Both the position numbers and the translations under genes were made by a program. The notes below the pieces were generated by a model. It did no database searches. It had not been told where the DNA came from and saw nothing but the letters and a program-made list of their open reading frames with translations. From contig JBBREO010000001.1 in assembly GCA_038202855.1 (NCBI GenBank), forward strand, positions 1 to 63,605: DNA of 63,605 nt, in the 5' to 3' direction. Below are positions 56,025 through 63,605 of this stretch, piece by piece; positions within the stretch are counted from its first letter, which is position 1; every line of letters starts with the position of its first letter. This DNA comes from Solirubrobacterales bacterium. Its GTDB lineage: Bacteria; Actinomycetota; Thermoleophilia; Solirubrobacterales; Thermoleophilaceae.

Positions 56025-57665
56025 CGGGGGTATCCGCATGTACGGCAGCGCGAAGGAGACGATCTTCTCGAACGCGGGCGCGGCCACCTCGCCGCCGTAG
56101 TAGCCGCCCTGGGGCTCGTCGACCATCACGGCGATCATCAGCCGCGGGTGCCGGGCGGGGGCGAAGCCGATGAAGGAGGAGAAGAACTTGAAGGTTGAGT
56201 AGCCGCCGGTCTTGGGGTCCGGCTTCTGGGCGGTGCCCGTCTTGCCGGCGAGCTCGTAGCCGGGCACCGACGCCTCCTGCGCCGTGCCGCCGGCGGCCAG
56301 CACTCCCTCCAGCATCTTGGCCACCTGCCCCGCCGTGGAGGGCGACACGATCCGACGCCCCGGGTCGCGCTGGCCCGCCAGCACGTGCGGGCGGTGCATG
56401 ACGCCGCCGTTGGCCAGCGCGGAGTAGGCCGCCGCCATCTGCACGGGGGTGACGGCCAGGCCCTGGCCGATAGGCAGGTTCCCCAGCGAGGAGCCCGAGT
56501 AGGCCTTCGGGGCGGGCACGATGCCGCCGCCCTCACCCGGGAGGCCGATGCCGGTGCTGTGGCCGAAGCCGAACCGGCGCACCCACTTGTCGAAGCGGTC
56601 CTTGCCGAGCTTCTGCCCGATCGTCACCGCTCCGACGTTGGAGGACTCGGCCAGGATCTGGGCGGTGGTGAGCGTCACGGGGCCGCGGGCGTGGGCCTCG
56701 CCGATGGTGCGGTCGGCAACCTGGATCTGGGAAGGCAGGTTGAACTGGGTGTTGGGCGTGATCAGCTTCTCCTGGAGCGCCCCGGCCACGGTGAAGGCCT
56801 TGAAGGTGGACCCCGGCTCGAAGGCCGAGGACACCGACCGGTTCTCCAGCGCGTCCTTGGGGGCGGCGCTCAGGTCGTTGGGGTCGACCCGCGGCCAGTT
56901 GGCCATGGCCAACAGCTCGCCGTTGCGCGGGTCCATCACCAGGGCGGTCGCCCCGCGCGGGCTGTGCGCGCGCGCCACGTCGCCCAGCACGGCCTCCACG
57001 CGCTCCTGCAGGGCGGCGTCGATCGTGAGCTTGAGGTCCTCGCCCGGCGCGGCGCGCTTGGTGTCGGCCAAGCTGACCGTCTCGCCGGTGGCGTCCTTGA
57101 CCAGCCTGCGCTTGCCGTCGGTGCCGTGCAGCTCGGACTCGTACTCCTGCTCGATTCCCGACAGGCCGTTGTTGTCGGTGCCCGTCGCGCCGATCAGCTG
57201 ACCGGCCAGGGCGCCCTGCGGGTAGGTGCGCTTGGGCTCGGAGACGGTGCCGATGCCCTCGATGCGCATGCGCGCCACCTTGTCCCCCAGCGTCGGGTCC
57301 ATCTTGCGGCGCAGGTACACGAAGCCGGTCTTCTTGTTCGCCAGCAGAGGCAGCAGCTGGGCCGGGTCGCGACCCAGCAGGGGCGCCAGGCGGGCGGCCA
57401 CGCGGTTGGGGTCCTTGAGCAGGAAGGGGTTGGCGTAGACGGTGGTGGCCTCCTCTGAGACCGCCAGCTCGACCCCCTTGCGGTCGGTGATCGTGCCCCG
57501 GTTGGCGGGCACGGTGAGGTCCTCGACCTGCTGGGTGGCGGCCCGGCTCTGGAGCGAGCCGGCTCTCACGGTGCCCAGCCAGGTGGCGCGCAGCGTCGCG
57601 GCGCACAACAGGAGGAGAAAGAAGGCGAAGAGCAGGCCGATCCGGCGGTCGACGAGCTGCTTCAC
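56016..57665 (-). CDS. ftsI: Penicillin-binding protein transpeptidase (FtsI-type class B PBP)
   Basis: It has an N-terminal TM segment, a PBP dimer domain, and the active-site STFK, SSN and KTGT motifs. Confidence 0.92.
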   Translation of the reverse strand: MKQLVDRRIGLLFAFFLLLLCAATLRATWLGTVRAGSLQSRAATQQVEDLTVPANRGTITDRKGVELAVSEEATTVYANPFLLKDPNRVAARLAPLLGRDPAQLLPLLANKKTGFVYLRRKMDPTLGDKVARMRIEGIGTVSEPKRTYPQGALAGQLIGATGTDNNGLSGIEQEYESELHGTDGKRRLVKDATGETVSLADTKRAAPGEDLKLTIDAALQERVEAVLGDVARAHSPRGATALVMDPRNGELLAMANWPRVDPNDLSAAPKDALENRSVSSAFEPGSTFKAFTVAGALQEKLITPNTQFNLPSQIQVADRTIGEAHARGPVTLTTAQILAESSNVGAVTIGQKLGKDRFDKWVRRFGFGHSTGIGLPGEGGGIVPAPKAYSGSSLGNLPIGQGLAVTPVQMAAAYSALANGGVMHRPHVLAGQRDPGRRIVSPSTAGQVAKMLEGVLAAGGTAQEASVPGYELAGKTGTAQKPDPKTGGYSTFKFFSSFIGFAPARHPRLMIAVMVDEPQGGYYGGEVAAPAFEKIVSFALPYMRIPPTG

Positions 57666-57668
57666 GCG

Positions 57669-58325
57669 CTAGCGGACCACCTGCTGGCCCGCCGGCGCGG
57701 CCGCGGCGCCGGGTGGGGTAGTCGTCGGCGCCGGGGTGGCGGCCGGAGCCTGCGGGGGCGTCGCAGCCTGGGGTGTGGTGGCCGTGGGAGCGGGCTGGGC
57801 GGCGACGGGCGCGGTCTGCGGCGTGGTGGTCGGCGCGCTCACCTGCGGGCTGGCTCCCTGACCGACCGGGGGTGTCGCCTCGGGGGTGGCGGTCGACGGG
57901 CCGGCCTGGAGGCGCTTCAAGGCGCCGGCGGCGTCGGCGCGGCCGTGGGTCTTGAGGTAGCGGACCTCGCCCGGGGCGGGCAGCACGAGGCCGCTCTGGG
58001 CGGCCACCTTCTGGATCCGCTCGCTCGAGCCCAGCCGGGCGAGGTCGCCGCGCAGACGGGCGTTCTGGCGCTTGACCGTCTCCGACTTCTCGGCGGTGAC
58101 CGCGATGTCGCGGTTCATCCGCAGCAGGTCGACGTTGAAGAACACGATCCCCACGAGCAGCAGGAACACCAGGCCGATCCAGAGCCGCCCGGACAGCAGC
58201 CGGTCGAGCAGGATCGCGCCCCGGGGGCGCACGGGGGCACGGGCGGGCGCGGTCCGCCGGCGGGGCGGTGCGACGGGACGGGCGGGCCTCGCGGGCGCGT
58301 GGCGACGGAGGGGAGCGGCCGACAT
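57669..58325 (-). CDS. ftsL: FtsL/DivIC-type septation protein with a long Pro/Thr/Ala-rich C-terminal tail
   Basis: It has a single TM segment (LWIGLVFLLLVGIVFF) followed by a coiled-coil and occupies the canonical position between rsmH and ftsI. The ATG at 58325 overlaps the rsmH stop. Confidence 0.7.
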   Translation of the reverse strand: MSAAPLRRHAPARPARPVAPPRRRTAPARAPVRPRGAILLDRLLSGRLWIGLVFLLLVGIVFFNVDLLRMNRDIAVTAEKSETVKRQNARLRGDLARLGSSERIQKVAAQSGLVLPAPGEVRYLKTHGRADAAGALKRLQAGPSTATPEATPPVGQGASPQVSAPTTTPQTAPVAAQPAPTATTPQAATPPQAPAATPAPTTTPPGAAAAPAGQQVVR

Positions 58326-59278
58326 CAGGCCTGGCCCCCGGCGATGCGGCGGGCGGCGCGCAGGCGGGCGGAGCTGGCGCGCGGGTTGTCGCCCACCTCG
58401 CCCGGACTCGGGACGACGCCGCCGCGCGGGATCAGCTCCGCCTCCGGCGTGCGCCCGCAGGCGCACACGGGCAGGTCGGGCGGGCAGATGCACCCGAGCG
58501 CACGGTCGGCCAGGAAGCGCTTCACGCGTCGGTCCTCGAGCGAGTGGAAGGAGATGGCGGCAAGGCGACCGTCCTTGGCGAGCAGCGACCAGGCCTCGGG
58601 CAGGGCCCGCTCCAGGTCGCCGAGCTCATCATTCACGAGGATCCGGATGGCCTGGAATACGCGCTTTGCAGGGGAACTCCCTCCGAAGCGGCGCCGCACG
58701 GCGGCGGGCAGCGCCGCCTCGACGGCGGCAACGAGCTCGCCGGTGGTCTCGATCGGGGCGCGCTGGCGGCGCCGCGCGATCTCCCGCGCGATGATGCGCG
58801 CGTTGCGCTCCTCGCCGTAGGTCGAGAGCACCTTGGCCAGCTGGCGCTCCTCCATGGTGTTGACCACCTCGCGCGCGTCCAGCTCCTGTCCGGGGTCCAT
58901 GCGCATGTCCAGCGGCGCGTCGAAGGAGTAGGAGAAGCCGCGCTCGCGGGCGTCGATCTGCATCGAGGAGACGCCGAGGTCGAAGTAGACGAGGTCGCCG
59001 CGAAAGCCTTCCTCCTCCAGAAGCGCAAGGGCGTCCGCGTAGTCCATGCGCAGGAAGCGGGTCTCGCAGGAGACCTCGGCGGCCATCTCCTCGAAGCGCT
59101 CCTCGGCGGCGGGGTCGCGATCGATGCACACCAGCGTGCCGGTGGGTCCGATCCGGTCGGCCATCAGTCGCGCGTGGCCGCCAGCGCCGAAGGTGCAGTC
59201 GACCACGTTGTCTCCGTCACCCGGCTGGGTCAGGTCGATCAGCTCGCCGGCGAGGACGGGTACGTGGGAGCGCGTCAT
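58325..59278 (-). CDS. rsmH: 16S rRNA (cytosine1402-N4)-methyltransferase
   Basis: It has HVPVL, DCTFGAGGH, DLGVSS and SFHSLEDR. I chose the ATG at 59278, 1 nt after the mraZ stop. Confidence 0.93.
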   Translation of the reverse strand: MTRSHVPVLAGELIDLTQPGDGDNVVDCTFGAGGHARLMADRIGPTGTLVCIDRDPAAEERFEEMAAEVSCETRFLRMDYADALALLEEEGFRGDLVYFDLGVSSMQIDARERGFSYSFDAPLDMRMDPGQELDAREVVNTMEERQLAKVLSTYGEERNARIIAREIARRRQRAPIETTGELVAAVEAALPAAVRRRFGGSSPAKRVFQAIRILVNDELGDLERALPEAWSLLAKDGRLAAISFHSLEDRRVKRFLADRALGCICPPDLPVCACGRTPEAELIPRGGVVPSPGEVGDNPRASSARLRAARRIAGGQA

Positions 59279-59279
59279 G

Positions 59280-59714
59280 TCAAGAAGGATCGCCAAGGGA
59301 GTCCGTCACCTCCCCCATCACCTGGTCGAGCAGGGCCTGCTGGTCGGTCCAGCCTTGGCTGGACCAAAGCTCGAGGTGGTCGTCCACGCCGGTGACCACG
59401 ACCTCCTTCTCGATACCCGCGTGCGCGAGCAGCGGGGAGGGCAGGACCACGCGGCCGGCGGAGTCCAGCTCCATCTCGAACGAGTTGCCCTGGAAGTAGC
59501 GCTGGATCTGCTTGAACTGCGAGCCGAGCGGGTTCTTGCCCTCGAGCGCGGCCTTGACGCGCGCCTCGTGCGCGGAGGGCGCGGAGACCGTGATGCAGGC
59601 GTCGGTGTCCTTGGAGAGGACGAGGCCGTCGGCGAAGGCGGCGCGGAACTTCGAGGGAATGCTCAAACGGTGCTTCGCGTCGAGCGAATGTTCGTAGTGG
59701 CCTCTGAATGCCAT
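59280..59714 (-). CDS. mraZ: Transcriptional regulator MraZ
   Basis: 144 aa with two SpoVT/AbrB-like halves, each carrying the DxxxR motif (LDAKHRLSIP and LDSAGRVVLP). I trimmed it to the ATG at 59714. Confidence 0.93.
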   Translation of the reverse strand: MAFRGHYEHSLDAKHRLSIPSKFRAAFADGLVLSKDTDACITVSAPSAHEARVKAALEGKNPLGSQFKQIQRYFQGNSFEMELDSAGRVVLPSPLLAHAGIEKEVVVTGVDDHLELWSSQGWTDQQALLDQVMGEVTDSLGDPS

Positions 59715-59743
59715 AAGGCAGGTGTCCCGCGGGGTGCTGACTC

Positions 59744-59786
59744 GGACCGGAGTGGCGGAGTGGGAGGAGCCCCGCCACTCCGGTCC
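59744..59786 (-). promoter_or_regulatory. 15-bp perfect-stem hairpin in the predicted mraZ 5' leader
   Basis: The plus strand reads GGACCGGAGTGGCGG-AGTGGGAGGAGCC-CCGCCACTCCGGTCC. In the mRNA sense the 13-nt loop contains CUCCUCCC. Confidence 0.6.
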
Positions 59787-59801
59787 TCGTGAGCTGGCGC
59801 C

Positions 59802-59843
59802 ACAGTACCCCACCTGCTCCCACCCTGCAACACATCACCCCAC
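59802..59843 (-). promoter_or_regulatory. Candidate dcw promoter (-35 TTGCAG, 17-nt spacer, -10 TACTGT) overlapped by four 10-bp-phased GTGGG-type direct repeats (candidate MraZ operator)
   Basis: The minus strand reads GTGGGG-tgat-GTGTTG-cagg-GTGGGA-gcag-GTGGGG-TACTGT. The repeats are at 59838-43, 59828-33, 59818-23 and 59808-13. The -35 is at 59825-30 and the -10 at 59802-07. Confidence 0.5.
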
Positions 59844-60025
59844 TTCTCTGCGCGGAGTGGCCGGATGGTGGACGCGCAAGGGCCGAAAAGTCGTCTCTCA
59901 GCAGGGAAAACAGCGGGTGGGAGGCGGTGGCTTTGGGACGCGGCAGGCCTGGGCCGCACCGTGCATCGCCCGGCGGTGGGCGATCGCTTGCAGCGAGGCC
60001 GCTCGGAATGCAAGGGATCTTGCGC

Positions 60026-60868
60026 CTACACCCCCGAGATCCCTCCCGAGTCGAGCATCGCCGCGGCCAGCGCCGCCGCCACCAGCAACAGGACGGAGGG
60101 CACGAGCAGGAGGGCCACCACCAGCTGGATCTTCGGACCGGCCTTGGCGGCGTCCTCGGCCACGCGCCGGCGCAGGGCCAGGCGGGCGTCGCGCGCCTGC
60201 GCCGCGAGCGTGTCGGCCAGCGGGGCGCCGTGGCGCCGGGCCCGCTCCAACGCGGCGCACAGCGCGGTGACCTCGGCTTGGGGCAAGCGCTCGGACATCT
60301 CTTTGAGGGCGGCGGCCAGGGGCACGCCGAGCGCCACCTCGCGTCCCACCGCGCTCCACTCCGCCGCGAGCGGCCCGTTGGCGCTGGCCCCCACCTCGGC
60401 CAGCGCGGTCGCGAGCGAGGAACCGGCCGCCACCGACACGCGCAGGAGGTCGAGCAGGGCGGGCAGCTCTCGCCGGACTCGCCGCGCCCGCTGTGCGGCG
60501 CGGCGCGCCAGCCAGGCATCGGGGGCCATGAACCCCGCGGCCGGCCCGGCCAGCACGATCAGCACGCCCAGCCGCCCCGGCGCCAGCGCGCCGAGCATGG
60601 CCCCCACCACCCCGCCGGCCAGCGCGCAGGCGAGCTTGGCGGCCAGCAGCTCGCGCGCCTCCATCCCGGCCGGGCGCCCGGCCGCGGCGATCCGCCGCTC
60701 CAGCTCTCGCGGCGCATGCCGCCCCCCAGCGGCGCGCGCCCCCAGCGCCGCCAGGAGCCGCAGCGCCCGCGGAGCTGGGGCGCGTCGGACCCGGCCGGGG
60801 GGAGCGAAGGCCCCCAGGCCGGCCACGGCCAGCGCGGCGGCGGCAAAAGCCAGCGCAGCGGCGATCAC
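60026..60868 (-). CDS. tadC: Tad/type II secretion F-family membrane protein (TadC-like)
   Basis: It has a T2SSF-type helical domain flanked by TM segments. The GTG start overlaps the tadB stop. I trimmed it from track ORF 60026..61876. Confidence 0.75.
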   Translation of the reverse strand: MIAAALAFAAAALAVAGLGAFAPPGRVRRAPAPRALRLLAALGARAAGGRHAPRELERRIAAAGRPAGMEARELLAAKLACALAGGVVGAMLGALAPGRLGVLIVLAGPAAGFMAPDAWLARRAAQRARRVRRELPALLDLLRVSVAAGSSLATALAEVGASANGPLAAEWSAVGREVALGVPLAAALKEMSERLPQAEVTALCAALERARRHGAPLADTLAAQARDARLALRRRVAEDAAKAGPKIQLVVALLLVPSVLLLVAAALAAAMLDSGGISGV

Positions 60869-61731
60869 CACCGCACCCGGCCCAGCCGGCGAATGGCCAC
60901 CGCTGCCACGATCTGGAGCACCAGCGCGATCCCCACCAGCCAGGCCGTCAGGAACGAGCTCCACAGCCCGACCAGGAAGCCCGGTCGGGCCAGCTCGGTG
61001 AGCAGCGCGCCGCCGAGCGGCATCAGGACCACGATCACCCCCGTGAAGCGGGCCTGCGCCGTCGCGCTCTTGACCTCGTCCTCCAGCCGCGCCTGGTCGC
61101 CGAACGCCTCCGCGCATTCGCGCAGGAGCAGCGCCAGATCGCCACCCGCCCGTCGTTGGACCAGGCAGGCCGCCACCAGCGCGTCCACCCTGCTCGAGCG
61201 CACACGCGCGCGCATCGACTCCAGGGCGTCGTCGGTGCGTGCTCCCGCCGCCAGCTCGGCCGCTACCCGGCCCAGCTCGTGGCCAGCCGGTCCCGTGAGA
61301 CCCTCGGCGGCCTCGGCCACCGCCGCCCGCAGCGAGTGACCGCCGCTGAGCGCGCCCGCCAACGCGATCGCCACTCTCGCGGCCCCGGCGTCGACCGCGC
61401 GCCGATACCGGTCGCGCCTCGCGCGAAGCAGCCGGCCTGCCGACCACGGCCCACCCGCTCCCAGGAGCGCGGCGGCCAGGGGGCCGGCCACCAGCAGACC
61501 GGTGGCGAAGGCCAGCACGCCGCCCGCCCACAGCAGCCGCCGGCGCTCCCGAGCGCCCGGGTCGCGCCCCTCGCGGCCGGCGGCCAGCACCGACTCGGCC
61601 ACGGCGGTCGCCTCTCGGAGGAGCCGGGGAAGGCGGCGGCGGACGGCGGCGGCGAGCAGTGCTCCGCCGTCCGCCGCCGCGACCGCGCCGAGCGCGGCGC
61701 CCGCGAAGGCGATCGCGCCCGCCTCCCTCAC
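60865..61731 (-). CDS. tadB: Tad/type II secretion F-family membrane protein (TadB-like)
   Basis: It has the T2SSF domain architecture. The GTG at 61731 overlaps the cpaF stop. I trimmed it from track ORF 60865..62994. Confidence 0.75.
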   Translation of the reverse strand: MREAGAIAFAGAALGAVAAADGGALLAAAVRRRLPRLLREATAVAESVLAAGREGRDPGARERRRLLWAGGVLAFATGLLVAGPLAAALLGAGGPWSAGRLLRARRDRYRRAVDAGAARVAIALAGALSGGHSLRAAVAEAAEGLTGPAGHELGRVAAELAAGARTDDALESMRARVRSSRVDALVAACLVQRRAGGDLALLLRECAEAFGDQARLEDEVKSATAQARFTGVIVVLMPLGGALLTELARPGFLVGLWSSFLTAWLVGIALVLQIVAAVAIRRLGRVRW

Positions 61732-62933
61732 CTGACCACCTCGGGGCGCGGCCGCGCGACCCCCGGCGGGGACGACCCGGCCCGCATCCCCAGGAGCCGG
61801 CGCGCCAGCGACCCGTCCGTGGCTGTGGCGACCTCCTCCCCCCGCAGCAGCTCGCGCGTGGCGGCCCCGCCGGCAACGCGCGTGACCTCGCAGATCGACA
61901 CGACCCGGCGCAAGCCGTCGGGCCGGCGGGTCTGGTGCACCACGAGGTCCAGCGCGCCCGCCACCTGCTCCCGTACGGCCGCGTGGGGCAACCCCACGCC
62001 GGCCATCAGCGCCAAGGTCTCCAGACGCCGCAGCGCATCCTCGGGCGAGTTGGCGTGAACCGTGCTCAGCGAGCCGTCGTGACCGGTGTTCAGGGCCTGG
62101 AGCAGGTCTAGCGCCTCCGGGCCGCGCACCTCCCCGACCACGATCCGGTCGGGGCGCATGCGCAACGCGTTGACCACCAGCCGGCGGATGGTCACCTCTC
62201 CCCTCCCCTCCAGGTTCGGCGGCCGCGACTCCAGCCGCACCACATGGTCCTGGCGCAGCGACAGCTCGGCCGCGTCCTCGATCGTCACCACCCGCTCGCC
62301 CGCGGGGATCGCCCCCGACAGCGCGTTCAGCGTCGTGGTCTTGCCCGACCCCGTCCCGCCGCTGACCAATATCGACGCCCGGCCCGCCACGGCCAGCGCC
62401 AGCAGCTCGGCCGCTGAGGTGGGCAGCGTGGCGTTGCCCACCAGGTCGCGCAGGGAGAAGCCCTCGCGGCGAAAGCGACGGATGGTCAGGCAGGGACCGA
62501 CCAGGGACAGCGGCGGCACCACGACGTTGACCCGCGAGCCGTCCGCCAGCCGGGCGTCGCACATCGGCGAGGCCTCGTCCACGCGCCGGCCCAGCGGCGC
62601 GAGGATGCGCTCGATCGCGTGGGTGAGGTCGCTCTCCGAGTCGAAGCGCACGGGAGTCGGCTCGACCTTGCCCGCGCGCTCCACGTACACGTGGTCGGGG
62701 CCGTTGACCATCACCTCGTCCACGAGCGGGTCCGCGAGCAGCGGCTCGAGCGGACCCAGGCCGCCGGCCAGGCGCAGCACACGTTCGCACAGCCCCTCGC
62801 GCTCGAAGTCCGGCAGCGCCGGCGCCTCGGAGTCCACGAGCGCGCGCACCTGGCCGCCCACGTCGCCCGCGGCCCCGCCCGAGCGCGCCCGCTCGATCAG
62901 CCGCCCCCGCAGGGCCTCGGCCAGATCGTCCAT
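61728..62933 (-). CDS. cpaF: Tad pilus/secretion ATPase CpaF (TadA family)
   Basis: It has Walker A SGGTGSGKTTTLNAL, an Asp box, Walker B RIVVGEVRG and a His box (TGHDGSLSTVHAN). The start is ATG 62933 or GTG 62942. Confidence 0.9.
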   Translation of the reverse strand: MDDLAEALRGRLIERARSGGAAGDVGGQVRALVDSEAPALPDFEREGLCERVLRLAGGLGPLEPLLADPLVDEVMVNGPDHVYVERAGKVEPTPVRFDSESDLTHAIERILAPLGRRVDEASPMCDARLADGSRVNVVVPPLSLVGPCLTIRRFRREGFSLRDLVGNATLPTSAAELLALAVAGRASILVSGGTGSGKTTTLNALSGAIPAGERVVTIEDAAELSLRQDHVVRLESRPPNLEGRGEVTIRRLVVNALRMRPDRIVVGEVRGPEALDLLQALNTGHDGSLSTVHANSPEDALRRLETLALMAGVGLPHAAVREQVAGALDLVVHQTRRPDGLRRVVSICEVTRVAGGAATRELLRGEEVATATDGSLARRLLGMRAGSSPPGVARPRPEVVR

Positions 62934-62996
62934 CGGGTCCACGTCCCGTGAAGTCCCGACGCGGCCGCTTCTCGCCCCCCCTGCCAACCTGCACAC

Positions 62997-63605
62997 GTGC
63001 GCCGCCTGTTCCTGCTCGTCTCGGCCACCGTGCTGGTGGACACGATGTTCTTCGCGGCGATCACGCCGCTGCTGCCCACCTACCGCGACGAGCTCGGGCT
63101 CTCCAAGACGGCCGCCGGGGTGCTCAGCGGGGCCTACCCCGCCGGGACGCTGCTCGCATCGCTGCCCGCGGGCTGGCTGGCCGGGAGGGTCGGGCCCAAG
63201 GCGACCACGGCGACCGGCCTCGTCCTGATCGCCGCGACCAGCCTCGTCTTCGGCCACGCCCATGGCATCGAGCTGCTCGACGCGGCGCGCTTCGTCCAGG
63301 GGGCCGGCGGGGCGTGCGCATGGGCCGGCGGACTGGCCTGGCTGATCGGCGCGACGCCCCCCGCGCGCCGTGGCCAGACGATCGGCGCGGCGCTGGGGGC
63401 GGCGCTGTTCGGCGTGCTGCTGGGACCGGTGATCGGCGGCGCGGCCACGGCCACGAGCCCGGAGCTGGTGTTCTCGCTGGTGGCCGTCGCGGCCCTGGCG
63501 CTGCTGGCCTGGGCCGCGACAAACCCCGGCTTCGCGCCGCCACGCCACAGCTCGTGGGGGCACCAGGGCAGGGCGATGTGGACACCGTCGATGCGGATAG
63601 CGGTA
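62997..63605 (+). CDS. MFS-type transporter, 3'-truncated by the window edge (not in the supplied ORF track)
   Basis: From the GTG at 62997 the frame stays open to the end of the window: VRRLFLLVSATVLVDTMFFAAITPLLPTYRDELGLSKTAAGVLSGAYPAGTLLASLPAGWLAGRVGPK... It shows successive TM helices and an MFS-like G-x-L-x-x-R-x-G-P/R-K loop. It is divergent from cpaF. Confidence 0.7.
   Translation, partial: MRRLFLLVSATVLVDTMFFAAITPLLPTYRDELGLSKTAAGVLSGAYPAGTLLASLPAGWLAGRVGPKATTATGLVLIAATSLVFGHAHGIELLDAARFVQGAGGACAWAGGLAWLIGATPPARRGQTIGAALGAALFGVLLGPVIGGAATATSPELVFSLVAVAALALLAWAATNPGFAPPRHSSWGHQGRAMWTPSMRIAV

Noticed and set aside
59744-59786. The mraZ leader hairpin as a fourth copy of the family-1 repeat element
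   Set aside because: It shares only the GGGAGGAGC/GCTCCTCCC nonamer, here in the loop and in the opposite orientation relative to the host gene. It lacks the CGAGCACCGGACC flank and the short central palindrome. I treat it as a separate structure.
59815-60025. Small Flp-pilin or pseudopilin gene downstream of tadC
   Set aside because: I read all three minus-strand frames. There is no short ORF with a hydrophobic Flp-like core or a G/XXXXEY processing motif. The listed 116-aa ORF (59663..60013) is Arg/Pro-rich and overlaps the mraZ start region.

Overview
This is a high-GC chromosomal segment, by eye about 70% G+C or more. GTG starts and 4-nt GTGA/ATGA gene overlaps are frequent. The gene content looks actinobacterial; split gcvPA/gcvPB, a Tad ATPase and Pro/Thr-rich envelope proteins hint at a Thermoleophilia/Rubrobacteria-like lineage, but that is low-confidence inference.

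The window is almost entirely housekeeping. Gene order from left to right:
- glcD(partial)-glcE-glcF-malate synthase
- def and a membrane protein
- a lipid-type cluster: AGPS-like FAD oxidase, PlsC-type acyltransferase, extended SDR and an alpha/beta hydrolase
- priA, a SAM methyltransferase and a class III adenylate cyclase
- metK, der, an SDR, cmk and a TolB-like secreted protein
- aroA, then tyrA with two tandem DAHP synthases of different subclasses
- a 6PGDH-like oxidoreductase, then hisC-like/aroH/rluB
- a ybdK-type ligase, a heme-oxygenase-like iron protein and a CDGSH protein
- rlmN, and an EamA transporter divergent from a LysR regulator
- scpA/scpB, an SDR and trpS
- the glycine cleavage operon gcvT-gcvH-gcvPA-gcvPB
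- a complete minus-strand dcw cluster: mraZ-rsmH-ftsL-ftsI-murE-murF-mraY-murD-ftsW-murG // murC-murB-ftsQ-ftsZ
- a cpaF-tadB-tadC trio
- the 5' part of an MFS transporter that runs off the window and is absent from the ORF track

I saw no rRNA or tRNA genes, CRISPR arrays, transposases, integrases or recognisable defence genes.

The observations most worth a second look:
1. Two families of short palindromic repeat elements sit in-frame inside or at the ends of conserved housekeeping genes (gcvPB, gcvT, scpA, glcF, rlmN).
2. A 31-codon Trp/Phe/Tyr-rich leader ORF lies upstream of the DAHP synthase-tyrA operon.
3. Two plus-strand paralogous secreted repeat proteins split murG from murC inside the dcw cluster.
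4. The dcw control region has a promoter-like -35/-10, four 10-bp-phased GTGGG-type repeats and a 15-bp-stem hairpin.
5. A compact three-enzyme set resembles the eukaryote-type ether-lipid pathway.

Most long antisense ORFs in the track are GC-driven artefacts.
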